Positions 25,396 through 38,650 of a stretch of DNA of 64,000 nt are shown here, piece by piece. The stretch spans positions 82,772,001-82,836,000 of the forward strand of contig NC_086097.1 in NCBI RefSeq assembly GCF_963921235.1. Reading direction: 5' to 3'. Under the pieces are notes generated by a model, which worked only from the letters and a program-made list of their open reading frames with translations, ran no database searches and had not been told where the DNA came from. The first letter of the stretch is position 1. Every line of letters starts with the position of its first letter. The stretch is from Mobula hypostoma (lineage: Eukaryota). The position numbers and the translations under genes are program-made.

Positions 25396-26066
25396 AGAAT
25401 TGGGTGTCAAGATCTCTGAGGATCTAACTTGGTCCCAACAGTTATAAAGAAGGCAAGGCAGCAACTATACTTCATTAGGAGTTTGAAGAGATTTGGTATG
25501 CCAACAAATACACTCAAAAAATTCTATAGATGTAGCGTGGAGAGCATTCTGACAGGCTGCATCACTGTCTGGTGAGGGGTGGGGGGGGGGGTGTGGATTA
25601 TTACACAGGACCGAAAGAAGCTGCAGAGGGTTTAAGTTTAGTCAGCTCCATCTTGGATACAAGCCAACAAAGTACCCAGGACAACTTCAAGGAGCAGTGT
25701 CTCAGAAAGGCAGCGTCCATTATTAAGGACCACCAGCACCCAGGGCATGTCCTTTTCTCACTGTTACCATCAGGTAGGAGGTACAGAAGCCTGAAGGCAT
25801 AAACTCAGCGATTCAGGAACAGCTTCTTCCCCTCTGACATCCGATTCCTAAATGGACATTGAACCGTTGAACACTACCACACTTTTGAAATATATATTAT
25901 TTCTGTTTTTTGCACAATTTTTAATCTATTTAATATATGTATACTGTAATTGATTTACTTATTTATTATTATATTTTTTCTTCTTTATTATGTATTGCAT
26001 TGAACTGCTGCTGTTAAGTTAACAAATTTCACGACACATGCTGGTGATCCTGATTGTGATTTTGAT
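25396..26066 (+). mobile_element. Rex1/Babar LINE 3' part
   Basis: Close match to 20220-20900; CLRKAASIIKD..HPGH.LFSLLPSGRRYRSL. Confidence 0.85.
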
Positions 26067-26839
26067 GCAGGATATAGGCTAGGTTTTGCTTTGCTTAACA
26101 ACTCCAGATGAAATAGTGGATAGAAGATGTAGAGGGGAAGTTTACAATTGAAACTTTGTTCTTCGTTCAGTTCTGCAAAATACTTTCTCATTTTTCCACT
26201 TCTTTCTTTTCCATCACAACTAAATCACGAACTCCACATTATTCAAAAATCCTGTTGGGGCGCAAAGGATTTTGCCTCATTTTCCTCAACTCACACTACA
26301 CTGTGAACTCTCATTTCCAGTTCAGATTTCTGACATCTTTAGCCTTACCCTGAAAACTGAACTTGGTCTCAATTTCCTGTGTCATTCATGCCATGGGAGT
26401 GAACTAATATTTTATAATGATGCACTATATATTACATAATGTAAGACTTCAGATGTTATTAAACAAAATTTATCTGTTTTATCATGAGAAGTGAAAGACA
26501 AACATTTTAATGCCTCCAGGATATTCAACTCTAAATTGTATCTTTGAAATATAGTAAATATTAAAACTCTGAAAAAGTTAAGGCATCATTACATCCTAAT
26601 CGGTAAGATAGGAATATGTTGAGAATGGCAATTAGAAAATTTGCAAGGAACATGGAAGATGTATGTAGAATTAATGGAATGTCTTGAAACCTATTTAAAT
26701 GTTAATAAATGTTGAATGACATGATTGAAAATTAGCTAATCTGTACACCAGCCTTTACTGTAATCATAGTGTATGTACAATTATGCGAGATACTTAATAT
26801 CAGAGCTTAATGGACCATGTTAAATTCTAGTTCAGGATC

Positions 26840-27941
26840 ATTACATTACAAGACCCAAAACCTGGGCCTCTGTATCTCCCTCTGCAAAAGGTTCCTTGAC
26901 TTCCTCACTGGGAGACCACTCTCTGTATGGGTCGGAGGTAGCATCTCCTCCTCGCTGACAATCAACACCGGCGCACTTCAAGGATGTGTGTTCAGCCCAC
27001 TGCTCTACTCCCTCAAAAACCATGAATGTTGGGCTAGGCACAGATTAAATGCCATCTATAAATTTGCTGATGACGCAACCATTGTTGGCAGAATTTCAGA
27101 TGGTGAGTGGGAGCATACAGGAGCGAGATATACCAGCTAGTTGAGTGCTGTCACAACAACAACTTTGCACTCAATGTCAGTAAGACCGAGGAATTAATTG
27201 TGGACTTCAGGAAGGGGAACTCAAGGGAACACACGCCAGTCCTTATCAAGGGATCAGTAGAAGAAAGGGTGAACAGTTTCAAGTTGCTGGGTGTCAACAT
27301 TTCTGAGAATCTATCCTGGGCTGAATGCATTGATGCAATTACAAAGAAGACATGGCAGTAGCTATATTTCATTAGGAGTTTGTGGAGACATGATATGTCA
27401 TCAAAGAGACTCACAGATTTCTACGGATGTACCTTAGTGAGTATTCTAACTGGTTCCATCACTCTCTGGTATGGAGTGGCTACTACAAAGGATTGGAAAA
27501 AGCTGCAGTAAGTTGTAAACTCTGCCAGCTCCATCATGTGGATTAGACTCCATAGTATCGAGGTACTTTCAAAAGATGATGCCTCAAAAATGCATCATCT
27601 TTCATTAAGGACCCCCACCACCTAGGACATGCCCTCTTCTCATTGTTACCATCAAAGAGGGGATACAGGAGTCTGAAGGCACACACTCAATGTTTTAGGA
27701 ACAGCTTCTTCTCCTCTGCCATCAGATTTCTAAATGGACAGTGAACCCATGAACATTACCTCACAATAATTTCCTCCTCTTTTGCACTACTTATTTAATT
27801 TTTAAAAATATATACACTTATTGTAATTTATAGTCTATTATTATTATTATTGTTATTATTATTATTATGCATCACAATGTACTGCTACCACAAAACATAA
27901 ATTTTACAACATATGCGAGTGATATTAAATCTGATTCTGAT
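26840..27941 (+). mobile_element. Rex1/Babar LINE RT/3' part
   Basis: LDFLTGRP..NTGALQGCVFSPLLYS..YKFADD; (TTA)n at 27836-27867; tail CTGATTCTGA. Confidence 0.87.
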
Positions 27942-29128
27942 AAACTGAAAAATTCAATTTTGGAGACAATTCCTGGCCGTCATTGTAAAATGCAAATGAA
28001 CAGAGCTATGATATCCAGCTCTTACAACTGATAGAAATCAATATTGTTTTGATTCCAGTTCAGCAAAGATGAATTCTTGATGCCTTTTCTCTGTAAATAA
28101 ATTCAATGTGTTTGTATTAATACAAATTTCAGTATTATTAAAAAATATCAATTTCATTATCTTTATGCTCTCAAAGCTATACAAAATGTCCGGTTCTTTG
28201 ACAGTATTGAGTAAACCTTTAAATGTGATATTTGGCTGATAGATACCCAGATAAAGCTTTAGCCATCTATAAGTTACATGGCTGAGTTCAGGAACTATAT
28301 GGGTAATTGTATTCTGACATAAACTGACAACATTTAATGGATTGTTTGTATTTGAAGCAAGGATCACAACTTTGAGCACCACTTTTTGTAATTCAACATT
28401 TTCACAATAACGTTACTTTAGAACAGCATAATCCTTAAATCACTGGATGTTAATAAGCGATCTGCTTCCTATCTCCTTTCCTCCTGCAATTAAGAAGGCA
28501 TTTGCCAATTCCAGCATGCCTCTGTCCATTGATGTTTGCAGCCCAGCAGCTGCACATCTTGCATTTCAGCATCTTTTGTGCACAATGCTGCAAGGATATA
28601 ATAGCCTGGGACTTTTGGCAGGAAGGCTGGTACCTGACGTAAACCAGCAAATTGTTCCTTGTCACAGATCATTAGTCTTCCGCCATCAGGAACTGATCAG
28701 CTGCATCACAACGCGAGCTTCTTAACCATTTCCAGACTGGTTAAGATCACTGTGTAGTCACTTGGCATTCTGAGATAATCCAACCAGTAGTGACAGAGCA
28801 TCCAAGCAACAGGACACATTATGATAGCCCACTCGCCAGGTTGGTTTGGGCTTCACTACATCACCAGGAACAATGGCTCTTGCAGCTTTAAATATAAAAC
28901 TGATCAACTTCCAGTTTGATTTTTGCAGCTGGCTGAAGGCAGGAGAGAAATAATGAGCTGCTTTAAAATATTTTCTGTCTGGTGAAATAATGACTTGAAT
29001 TTGTACCATTTATTTCTGCCACCAGTAATATGCAGAGCAAACTATGACCAGGTACCAGCAGTAAATAAGTGTAGGAGCCAAGTACAAAGATGGCACACAG
29101 GAAACTGATTTGGTTGATCGTTTTGCAG

Positions 29129-29280
29129 ATGAACGTGAAGTTGTGCAGAAGAAGACCTTCACCAAATGGGTGAACTCTCATTTGGCACGTGTGACTTGCC
29201 GCATTACTGACTTGTACACTGACCTTCGGGATGGCCGCATGCTGATTAAGCTGCTGGAGGTTCTGTCTGGGGAGCTACTG
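29129..29280 (+). CDS. SPTB: Spectrin beta exon, CH1 ([14 protein letters not shown]...LSGELL), 152 nt
   Basis: Acceptor ttttgcag and donor gtatgt; classic spectrin CH1 sequence. Confidence 0.96.
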
Positions 29281-30450
29281 GTATGTTCTCCACTCTAATG
29301 GAATTCATGATTTATGGTTTTGACTGTAATGGAGTGTTGAGGATTGATTTTGACATTGGAATACTTAAATTCAGAATATCTCTGCAACCATCTATAATCT
29401 GTGTGACTTTCCAAAACCACATGAAAATTAAGTGGTTTTATACAACTGTGCTTCAGAATTGGTCTAATAATTGTGAAAGATTAGCACTGAAAATATATAC
29501 TTGATAATAGAACAGCTCTATCTATTCACCTTACATGTTGCTTAATTGCTTCAGTCTTACTTTCACGAAATATAAAGTTCCAACCAACGCATGGCTATGA
29601 AAATATTTGGCCCCGAAGTTTAAGGATTGGCCGGAAGGATGTTACATGTTGGTCAGTGCTCGGGATACAGATATCCTGCACACCTTAATGTGAGAATAAG
29701 TTTCTTGTTACACTTGAAGTACAGCAGCCAGCTAAATTGATTGGTTGGTCACTTTCCAGGCAGGAAAACATACTTCGGGCATCATCTACAGAAACTGGTA
29801 GGCTGTAGACAAGTGAGAAATATGGACATGGCAAAGATGGAGGCATTAGAGAATGCTGCAGTATTCTCTAACCATCTTGCTCCAGCACAACTCTTATTTG
29901 CCTTTCATACATGGGTTTCCTGTGCTTTGAAAAATCCCAAGAGTAAATATTAATTTTGAATAAGGCTCCCAATTGCATTAGGTGCTGAATTAAATGTATT
30001 AATGAATTTTTTATGGTAGGATGTAGGATCATGCATAAAACACACAAGCCATAAGACTGACAGCAGACACACACATTGAATTGAGTAAGGGTTCGCACTT
30101 TTAAATTTCCCGTCACTTGGCCTTTCCCTGTATGTTGTTGGGAGGAGTATTTAACATGGTGAGGGGAAACGCAATTCATACCCTCTTTGTAGAGTTGAAA
30201 CAGTAAGAACAGAAACTTGGTGGTAGACAATACTGCCTCGAGGAGTGGTGGAGGCATGAAGTAGACTAAGTGGTTGGTGGTTAGCGGTTGGGAGTTTGAA
30301 TGATGAGAAAGCTCGGTTTTGTATACAACGGCATGGAGATGGACATCATCATTCAATAACCACCGGTCTTTATACAGCTTTCCTTTAAGTTGATTATAGA
30401 CAGCGATGAATATTTCTTTGTACTGAAAATATTCTTTTCTACCTAATTAG

Positions 30451-30624
30451 CCAAAGCCAACGAGAGGTCGGATGCGTATACATTGCTTGGAAAATGTTGA
30501 CAAGGCTCTCCAGTTTCTCAAGGAACAGAAGGTGCACCTGGAAAATATGGGGTCACACGATATTGTTGATGGGAGCCACAGACTGACACTAGGACTTATT
30601 TGGACCATCATTCTTCGCTTCCAG
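30451..30624 (+). CDS. SPTB: Spectrin beta exon, CH1 ([15 protein letters not shown]...IILRFQ), 174 nt
   Basis: Acceptor aattag and donor gtaact; phase 0/0. Confidence 0.96.
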
Positions 30625-31284
30625 GTAACTGGGAATATAAAAACTGGGGATTATTCTGGGAAAATGTATCTGTGGAATGGGATATCTAACTGACCTGTTG
30701 TCAGTGAGTATTTTCCAATACTGTATTTTATTCCTGAGCTCTGCTATTTGCATCTTAGAAGAAAGCTTTAAAGCAATGCCAATTGTAAGTCAGTTGTTCT
30801 TCCCACAGTCCTTATTTCAAGGAGATTGAGATCCATGCTACTGTCTCAACCATTCATCATATTCTCTTGGATGATAGGAGATTAGAATGCTAATGATAAA
30901 TCTTTACTATTGACACAGACATTTGCAGCTCTGATTTTCCTTTTTTCTAAATTCCTTCCCAATATTCTATTCTTGTGCTTTTTCTCAGCCATCCCTCCTC
31001 TTTTTCACCCTCAGATTTTTCTCTTTTCTGATGTCCATTTACCATTTTTCCTCACTCCCTTGTCTCTTCCCTTCACTTCATTTTCCTTCTCCCATTCAAT
31101 TCATTGCCTTCTTCTCCACATTGTTTCATCTTATTAATGTCCTCGCTTTGCTAAATTCCTTTTATTCCTCTCCTCTACCCTCCACGTCCCACTCTTCCAT
31201 TCACTGTATCCTTCTTCACCTCTCCAGGCTACCTTCCTCATCCAGTTTTCTCCAAGCTCTCATACTGAAATTTCGTGATGAAGT

Positions 31285-31527
31285 CTTTTTCATGGCTTTT
31301 TACAAGGCGTGGCGCGAGAGAGAGAGCGAAAGAGAGAGACTGTGTGGCGCACCACTCCTCACACAGACATTTTCACAGTATTCTTCCCTTTACGAAGTCG
31401 AGTTGCGATCTCAACACTCAACCCGGCACGGATGGAAAGCGAACTCGGGAGTGGACCCGACTGGTTTCGAACCCAGGAACCTCTGCTCCCGAGTCCGGCA
31501 CCAATGTCATTGCGCCACCAGCCAGCC
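31285..31527 (-). mobile_element. tRNA-derived SINE (family distinct from the V-SINE)
   Basis: Minus-strand head GGCTGGCTGGTGGCGCAATG (A box) ... GGTTCGAAACC (B box), followed by a non-tRNA body; CpG-rich and so probably young. Confidence 0.7.
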
Positions 31528-31857
31528 CCCCTTTCCTCATCTTCTGTACCCACTATCCCATATTTCAGCTTTCCACTTTCCCTCCGTTTGTTACCCTTCT
31601 CCCTCACTTGCTGTTTTCCCTCATTCCCTTCATAATCTTTAAGTTGTTGACTTCCTAGACAGTTTGACCTTCAGTTTGCAACACAGTAAAAATTAGATTT
31701 GTTTTAATTTTTTAATTTTCCAGAGTTTTAAATGGAGATTGGACTACAAATATATTTTCCACTTCAATTGTTCTTGCTAGAGTTCTTGTGAATGCAGTTC
31801 AAATGTCACTTTAATCTTTTTTTTAAAAAACGGCTGTTGATTAATCTGTTATTTCAG

Positions 31858-31949
31858 ATCCAGGATATCACAGTGGAAACCGATGACTATAGTGAGACTC
31901 GGTCAGCAAAGGACGCACTTCTCCTTTGGTGTCAGATGAAAACAGCAGA
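31858..31949 (+). CDS. SPTB: Spectrin beta exon ([30 protein letters not shown]), 92 nt
   Basis: Acceptor atttcag and donor gtgagt; translated by hand (not in the ORF track). Confidence 0.95.
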
Positions 31950-32102
31950 GTGAGTTACTACTGCTGCTTCATGTGAAGCTTTCAGTGAACCTGACCTTTA
32001 ATGCAAATACCTGCAAACTTTGATCTGAATTTCCATCAAAGATGAAATGTAAAATAATCTCAAATTAAATTTATTTCTTTTTTTCTTTTCTATAATACCT
32101 AG

Positions 32103-32183
32103 ATATCCTAATGTAAACATCAGAAACTTCACATCAAGCTGGAAAGATGGCTTAGCATTTAATGCCCTTATCCACAAACACAG
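32103..32183 (+). CDS. SPTB: Spectrin beta exon, CH2 ([27 protein letters not shown]), 81 nt
   Basis: Long polypyrimidine tract with cctag acceptor and gtaatg donor; 153-nt upstream intron. Confidence 0.95.
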
Positions 32184-32299
32184 GTAATGTGTGGCTTTGT
32201 CTATCACTAGTTAGGAGAATGTAACTAACTTTAGTCAGGGAGCAATTGTTGGAGGTCACTAAATATGAGAAATTGATTCATCAGGATCATTTCAAATAT

Positions 32300-32460
32300 A
32301 CTTATTTATTATTTATTGAGATACAGCACGTAGTAGGCTCTTCCAGCCCTTTGAGCCGCGTTGCCCAGCAACCCCCGATTTAACCCTAGTGTAATCATGG
32401 GACAATTTACAATGACTAATTAACTTATCAAATGGTACGTCTTTGGACTGGGAGGAAAAT
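32300..32460 (-). mobile_element. V-SINE 3' half
   Basis: (TTAT)n tail and GTCTTTGGACTG..GGAGGAAA, the reverse complement of the 39764 copy. Confidence 0.75.
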
Positions 32461-33011
32461 TACTTGGAACTAAATGAACTTTAAGGATGTGGAGCTTGTA
32501 ATGAAATAAAGGACTTTAAAGCTGAATTGCCCGTTCTGGTTTTCACAACACATGTCACATTGAGAGGGAAGCAAGCACGAGCAGCTTCATTTCTCTGATC
32601 TATGTTCTCTTCCTGTACGAAAGGGCAAACAAATGTACAATTGGATGAGGACAGGACTTCAATGGGAAGGAAAAGAGAAAATAAGTAACACTGGGAACCT
32701 ATCGGATCCAAGATTTCATTCTGAAACTTAATTCCATTTGCTTCTCAGATACTGCTTGACCACTGAGGTCCTCCAGCAAATTGTCTATTGCTCCAAATTC
32801 CAGCACCTACAGTCTTTTGTGTCTCCATTGTATAAAGCATGAGCAAAGGTTCAGCTATGTGGGATAATCAAGAAAAAAACTATCAAAGTTAACTTGTATT
32901 TGTTGAATTTAGAAGATGCAAAAGTAGTATAGCTGGGTTTTTCAGAGAACATCTCACAGGAGATGACATGAATTTGTCTAAACAGAGGAAATCATCTTTT
33001 TCTATAATTAT

Positions 33012-34009
33012 TGAAACCACCCCGCCCCCCACCCCCGGTTTCCTTGGCTGCATAAGTCGAGGGAGACAACCTCCAGCCCCAACAAACTTGTGAGATTGAG
33101 GTGCTGTCCCACCCCAAACTGCTGTACGTGTGGATGCTGTGTAATTTGCTTCCCGTTACACATTAGTGCCATGAAATAGCAGAGAGTACACCGCATACGA
33201 TTTAAAGATTATATTTATCAATCTTAATTTGAATAAGGGTTGAATAATCAACGACACGACCCACCCAGCCAACACACTTTTCGTCCCTCTTCCCTCCGGG
33301 AGAAGGCTCAGGAGCTTGAAGACTCGTACGGCCAGATTTGGGAACAGCTTCTTTCCAACTGTGATAAGACTGCTGAACGGATCCTGACCCGGATCTGGGC
33401 CGTACCCTCCAAATATCCGGACCTGCCTCTGGGTTTTTTTGCACTACCTTACTTACCACTTTTCTATTTTCTACTTATGACTTATAATTTAAGTTTTTGA
33501 TATTTACTATCGATTTGTAATCCAGGGAGCGGGAAGGGCAGAATCAAATATCGCTGTGATGATTGTACATTCTAGTATCAATTGTTTGGCGACAATAAAG
33601 TATAAAGTATAAAGAACAAAAAAAAGAAAAGGGCTCATTTTAATATAACAGTCAAATGTGTACAAGTTGGAGCTCAGTTTCTCCATAGTTAATGGTCCTT
33701 AATCAATCTTGCCCCTGGCTTCATCAAATCGTGGTCCCACTCTGGGTCAAATCCTACGACCTCTTCTCTCTTGCGTCTTCCCTCTTCATCTCCTCTCAAA
33801 CAAAAGCCCCAAGCCCAATCTTAGTGTCCCTCACCAGAGAAACCTCCCCTTAATTCTACCATCCTAATTGGATTGCAGATATATCTCCTCATCTCTTATC
33901 TTCAGCAATAACCTAAATAAGCTGAAATAAGCTGAACAGACTGCTCTTACAGAACTGCTAAATAAAATAAATACAGCGTAAGAGTGAAAATATGAACCAG
34001 GACATTACA
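33012..34009. mobile_element. Solo LTR with a nested LINE 3' fragment (~33243-33612)
   Basis: TG...CA termini, near-TSD TTAT/TAAT and homology to 22041-22634. The nested Rex1-like piece has LPSGRRLRSLK and a (TAAAGTA)n tail. Confidence 0.65.
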
Positions 34010-34702
34010 TAATAATTTAAGAACCTTTTAAAAATTGAGACTTAATGTCATTTCAGCAAATAATATCTATATCTTAAATTTCCTCTCAAATATTAATTTC
34101 TGCTTGATTAATCTATCTTTGTGTGCCCAGTTCACTGTTGTCCAACTCCGGTCCAAATATCTGATGCAAAATCATCATAACATTTTTATTGGTATAATGG
34201 TACCCTGATTTTTAAACCAAAGATGTTGTTGTGTTTTAGATAATGCCATAAACTGTAGTGAACACCTATGCTGAGCCAATAAGTACTGTCAGTGGGCTAA
34301 GCTTCTATCCTTCTGTGTCATCAGTGATAAAATATATACTAAGTAGAAAAAAGCCACTCATGCTAGATTTTCATTCATTTGTTTATTTGAGTTATTTAGA
34401 TTTTATGCTCATGTTTGAACTTGTGCTGTAATAAAGGAAAGAAGAGTATTTGGGTTCAAACTTGGTTTAAACCACTTACAATAAGTCACTGTTGCCAGTG
34501 GGGTGCATGACTTTTAGTTTCAGGAGCTGGCTTTTGGAATTGTGTAGACAACACAGTAAGGTAGTTTTAAAATGGATCTGGATTGTCTTTTGGGCATTTT
34601 GGCAAAATGTCAGAACACTATGAAAATTCATGCATAGCTTTATTCGACAATAACAAACAGTAGAAAATCAGAAATACTTACAATGTGTTTTTCCTTCTTC
34701 AG

Positions 34703-34818
34703 GCCTGATTTGATTGAGTTTGACAAACTGAAAAAGTCTAATGCCATGCACAACTTACAGAATGCCTTTGATGTCTCCGAGAGGCATCTGAATGTGACCA
34801 AACTGCTGGATCCCGAGG
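34703..34818 (+). CDS. SPTB: Spectrin beta exon, CH2 ([13 protein letters not shown]...LLDPE), 116 nt
   Basis: Acceptor cttcag and donor gtaagt. Confidence 0.95.
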
Positions 34819-35634
34819 GTAAGTTTCATGAAAAACTTGCCAGACAGTTATGGGCGTATATAGCCAAATGAGCTTCCGTGATGTGAAGCTTGCAATGGAA
34901 CAGTGGGCTGTAACATACATTCCATATCAGGTGTTCAGAACACACACCACATTGAAAGGGAAGCAATATTTAGAAGCCCCAATTCTCTTTTCTAAATTCT
35001 CTTCATATATGAGGTGATTAATGGTGTATAATTCAATGAAGACTGTTAGTCTAGGATTGCTTTAAATTTGTTTGTATTTACAAGGTTGAAGTAATGTGAC
35101 ATAAGCAGCCTTTTGTCTGAATGCTTTGTGAGTAAAACCACCAGATGTAAAATTTATGGGCGGCAACAGTAGCATAATGTAGTAATCTAATGTGTTAATA
35201 ATAAGTTTCTGGATTTGCATCCAGAATTCTTGGCAATAATACATGGGCATGAATTTGATTCCCACCATTCAAGTAACTAAGTAGATATGTAATTTAAAAA
35301 TAAAAAGGAAGTCTTAGTAATGGTACTTACAAAACCACCGGATTATAGTTAAAACTCCACCTTTTTCATTGAGATCTCCTTCAAAGAAGGAAACCTGCCT
35401 TCTTTACTCCATCCTAAGTGTCAGTACAGACCCATTCCTTAGTGCTCTTGAAGTGAGCACATAAATATTCATCACTGCCGACTCAGGGGCAGTTAGGAAT
35501 GCACAATAAATGTCGGCATATCTCAGAACAACACATCCTATTGTTTAAAAAACCTAGTTTTGTCATCTTGCAAAACTCTGGCTTTCTTTTCCTCATTGAC
35601 CACGGAATTGAAAGGCTTTGTTCAACTTTAGGTA

Positions 35635-35899
35635 CGCAAACACAAGGAAATCTGCAGATGCTGGAATTTCAAGCAACACACATAAAAGTTGCTGGTGAAC
35701 ACAGCAGGCCAGGCAGCATCTCTAGGAAGAGGTACGGTCGACGTTTTGGGCCGAGACCCTTCGTCAGGACGAACGAATGTCCTGAACGAATAACTAACTT
35801 AGTTAGTCCTGACGAAGGGTCTCGGCCCGAAACATCAACTGTACCTCTTCCTCGAGATGCTGCCTGGCCTGCTGCATTCACCAGCATCTTTTATGTGTG
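35635..35899. mobile_element. PLE-derived fold-back insertion
   Basis: Inverted arms around a 30-nt spacer (35771-35800), tail on the left. TSD TTGTTCAACTTTAGGTA (35618-35634 / 35900-35916; the first bases are microhomologous to the element). Confidence 0.9.
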
Positions 35900-36092
35900 T
35901 TGTTCAACTTTAGGTAATGTGTTTAGGTTTTTATCTTATCTAATCTTTTGGATCCAATTCAGATAGAAATCTGCAATTTGCATGATTGTTTGAATAACAT
36001 ATTCTTCTGATCGAAGTGCATTTTCCCCTTTATTGAGTGATTTTGAAGAAAAAGTAAGCATTCTCTTTTTTCCTATTTCTTTCCCCACCCAG

Positions 36093-36205
36093 ATGTCTTT
36101 ACAGAGAATCCAGATGAAAAATCAATCATTACCTATGTGGTGGCATTTTACCATTATTTCTCCAAGATGAAGGCATTAGCAGTGGAGGGGAAAAGGATTG
36201 GCAAG
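36093..36205 (+). CDS. SPTB: Spectrin beta exon ([38 protein letters not shown]), 113 nt
   Basis: Acceptor cccag and donor gtttgt; translated by hand. Confidence 0.95.
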
Positions 36206-38409
36206 GTTTGTGTCGTAAAGAATGTCTGTTTAGGTAACAGGCTTCATCCAATAAAGTAATGGTAGCAGAATACAATTCTGGAATGAGAAGATTGATCTCC
36301 CATTACCTGTGAGAAATTCCTGAGAGTTGGCACTTCTGCCTTTTCCTGGAAAACTCTTACTGTTTAAGATGCTAGTCAGAGAGCACTCAAGAAAATGGGA
36401 TTTATTTTTTGTTCCTGAGGGCAGTGAAAGAATAAAGCTGTTCAATACAATGCCATTTTGGTAAGAGGAGAATAAACAGAACTTATTTCCACTGAAAGAA
36501 TGGTCAATTGCTGCAGGAAGCAGGCAGAAAAATGTGGCAAAAGAGACAGGGGGAAGGACCTCTTTCAATGCAGGGAGTTGAGATCTAGAATGCATAACCT
36601 GAACTGGCAGTGGAAAAAGGTTTAGTGGTAATTTTCAAAAGTGAATTGGTGCAATAGCTATAAAAAAAAATGGAGAACTGTTTAAAGAGGATGATTTGGA
36701 TAATTTGGATGATTTCTTTACAGATTCCATGCCAACAGTTTGCTGCATCATTATAAACAGAGTGAAGTTTCAACACACATTTCTCCTGATGGTCACAAGC
36801 TCACTTTTTTTCATTCGGGAGGGATGGAGGTTATGGATTAGGAAATGTGATCAAGAATTAGTAACTATAATCAAACATTTTCATAAAAACAGCTCAGTTG
36901 TTAGCTGTTAGTGCTGACATCAAGTCAGTATTGAATTGATGATTTGGGGTCACGGTCTGCCTGCTTTTGCTGTATTTCGGAGATCAGTTGCTGTGCAAGT
37001 CCATTTTCTCATCAGTTTTCTGTCAGGCTGTGACACAACAGTATTCAAGCATGTATGACTGTATATTTGATATCATTGGTGCTCAAAAATTGTGGCTGGA
37101 AAATTCAAATTTTGCGTCCTTTGCTTCCACTGTTCAGAACTGTAGAACAAATTTAATGTCACAGCGGAAATTATTCTCAACCAAGTTTTGGATGAGAAAT
37201 GCAAAACCTCATTTGATGCAATCAGATATTGTGATCAGTAATATAAATATTGTATTCATACTCATACATTCAGTATAAAAGTTATTCCTTTTTTCAATTA
37301 TTGGCTATATCTCCCGGGTCTTAGAAGATACAGTAACAAAGAGTAGGTTGAAAGAGCTAAACCCTTCATAATACAGTTTGTATGGAAAGTAAGCCAAGAG
37401 TGGTTCCTATAGGATCAGCTATCTCTCCATTTTCCCCATCCTCACAATTTGCTTGGCCCTGCCCACCTCTGGACAAATCTGACCATCTGTTCCCTCAAGT
37501 ACCCTAGAACATTGTTGAGCAGGAAGGGGATTCCCCATCACCTTTTCCCTTCAACCTGCTCCAAAGACTATCATTGAAACCACCTTCACAATCACGACCT
37601 GTTCACCATCCACCCCCCTCACCTCAATAATTAGGTACCCCATGATTCCTTCTAACCCCTCTGTACCTCCCATAGCAAACTTTCCATGTTACTGCATTGA
37701 GCTATGGATGTTCCCTCTTGATGGCCCTGTCCCATTAGGATAGCAGGCACAAAGCCAGCAGTGGAAAGCAAAAACTGAAAGGAAATCCTACTCGAGAAAC
37801 AATTGCTTTCAGGTCTTCTGGTCTCAAAATAATCTCACTTTGAGCACTCTTCACAGCAACACTCCCGGCCATGGTTTCTATATCCCAACGATTGTTAAAG
37901 CTTTGTAGAACACATTTATGGCCTGGTGACTCAGATGACTAGTGAATCATTGAATCACACAGACAAAACCTCCCAATGCAATTTATATTCTGCTGAATTA
38001 GCTCTAACCAACCTGGTAGCCTTGTGGAAACAGGTAGCTTGTACCAGTTGCAATGACACCAATGAATTTTGCCTGTTACTTTGCCTCTTTTTGGATATTA
38101 GACCAAGACTGCAGGGGTATTAGAACAAAGCTTTAATTGAAGTTTGTAACTTGTAGTTTTTGTGTACATGTGGTTTAGGCCTCTACACAAGCCAAAACTA
38201 AATCATATCTGGCTGCCTTAAATCCCTTGTAGACCAATACACGTATCAGGAGCAGTTTTAAACCAGCTGTTCTTAAATTATTAACTGCTCTTGTATCTCC
38301 TCCCCCATGGTAGTAACAAGACAATGGCTTGTCCCACATGGTGACGGTCCTTAGTGATGGATGCTGTTTGAAATCTGAAAACAATCCTGTGATGCCAAAA
38401 CTGTTTAAA

Positions 38410-38650
38410 AGGCACCTTAACAACATTTTAAAAGTGATGGTTCTGCCTTCTTTGAGGTACTGCCTCATGAAGATATTCTTCGCAGTAGGGAGGGCAGTGT
38501 ATATGATGGAGCTTGGGGGTGTCTACAATCCTCTGCAGCCTCTTACAATCCTATGCATTGGAGCCTCCATACCAGGGTGTGATGCAGCCAGTCAGAATGC
38601 TCTCCACTGCACGCTTGTAGAATCCTGCAGGAGTCCTTGCTGATGTACCA
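38410..38650 (-). mobile_element. Rex1/Babar-like LINE fragment; a related 3' end lies at ~39025-39220
   Basis: Reverse complement of the CLKKA..I / SILTGCI regions; tail AGAATCAGAATC at 39024. Confidence 0.6.

Noticed and set aside
1..29128. Canonical SPTB first coding exon (...SSARLFERSRIKALA)
   Set aside because: Not seen on reading the window and absent from the ORF track; probably upstream. A manual scan could miss it.
31455..31527. tRNA gene
   Set aside because: A/B boxes are present, but I could not build a clean cloverleaf and the sequence continues into a SINE body.
30910..31658. Long overlapping ORFs (up to 203 aa)
   Set aside because: Pyrimidine-rich low-complexity sequence plus a SINE; no recognisable protein.
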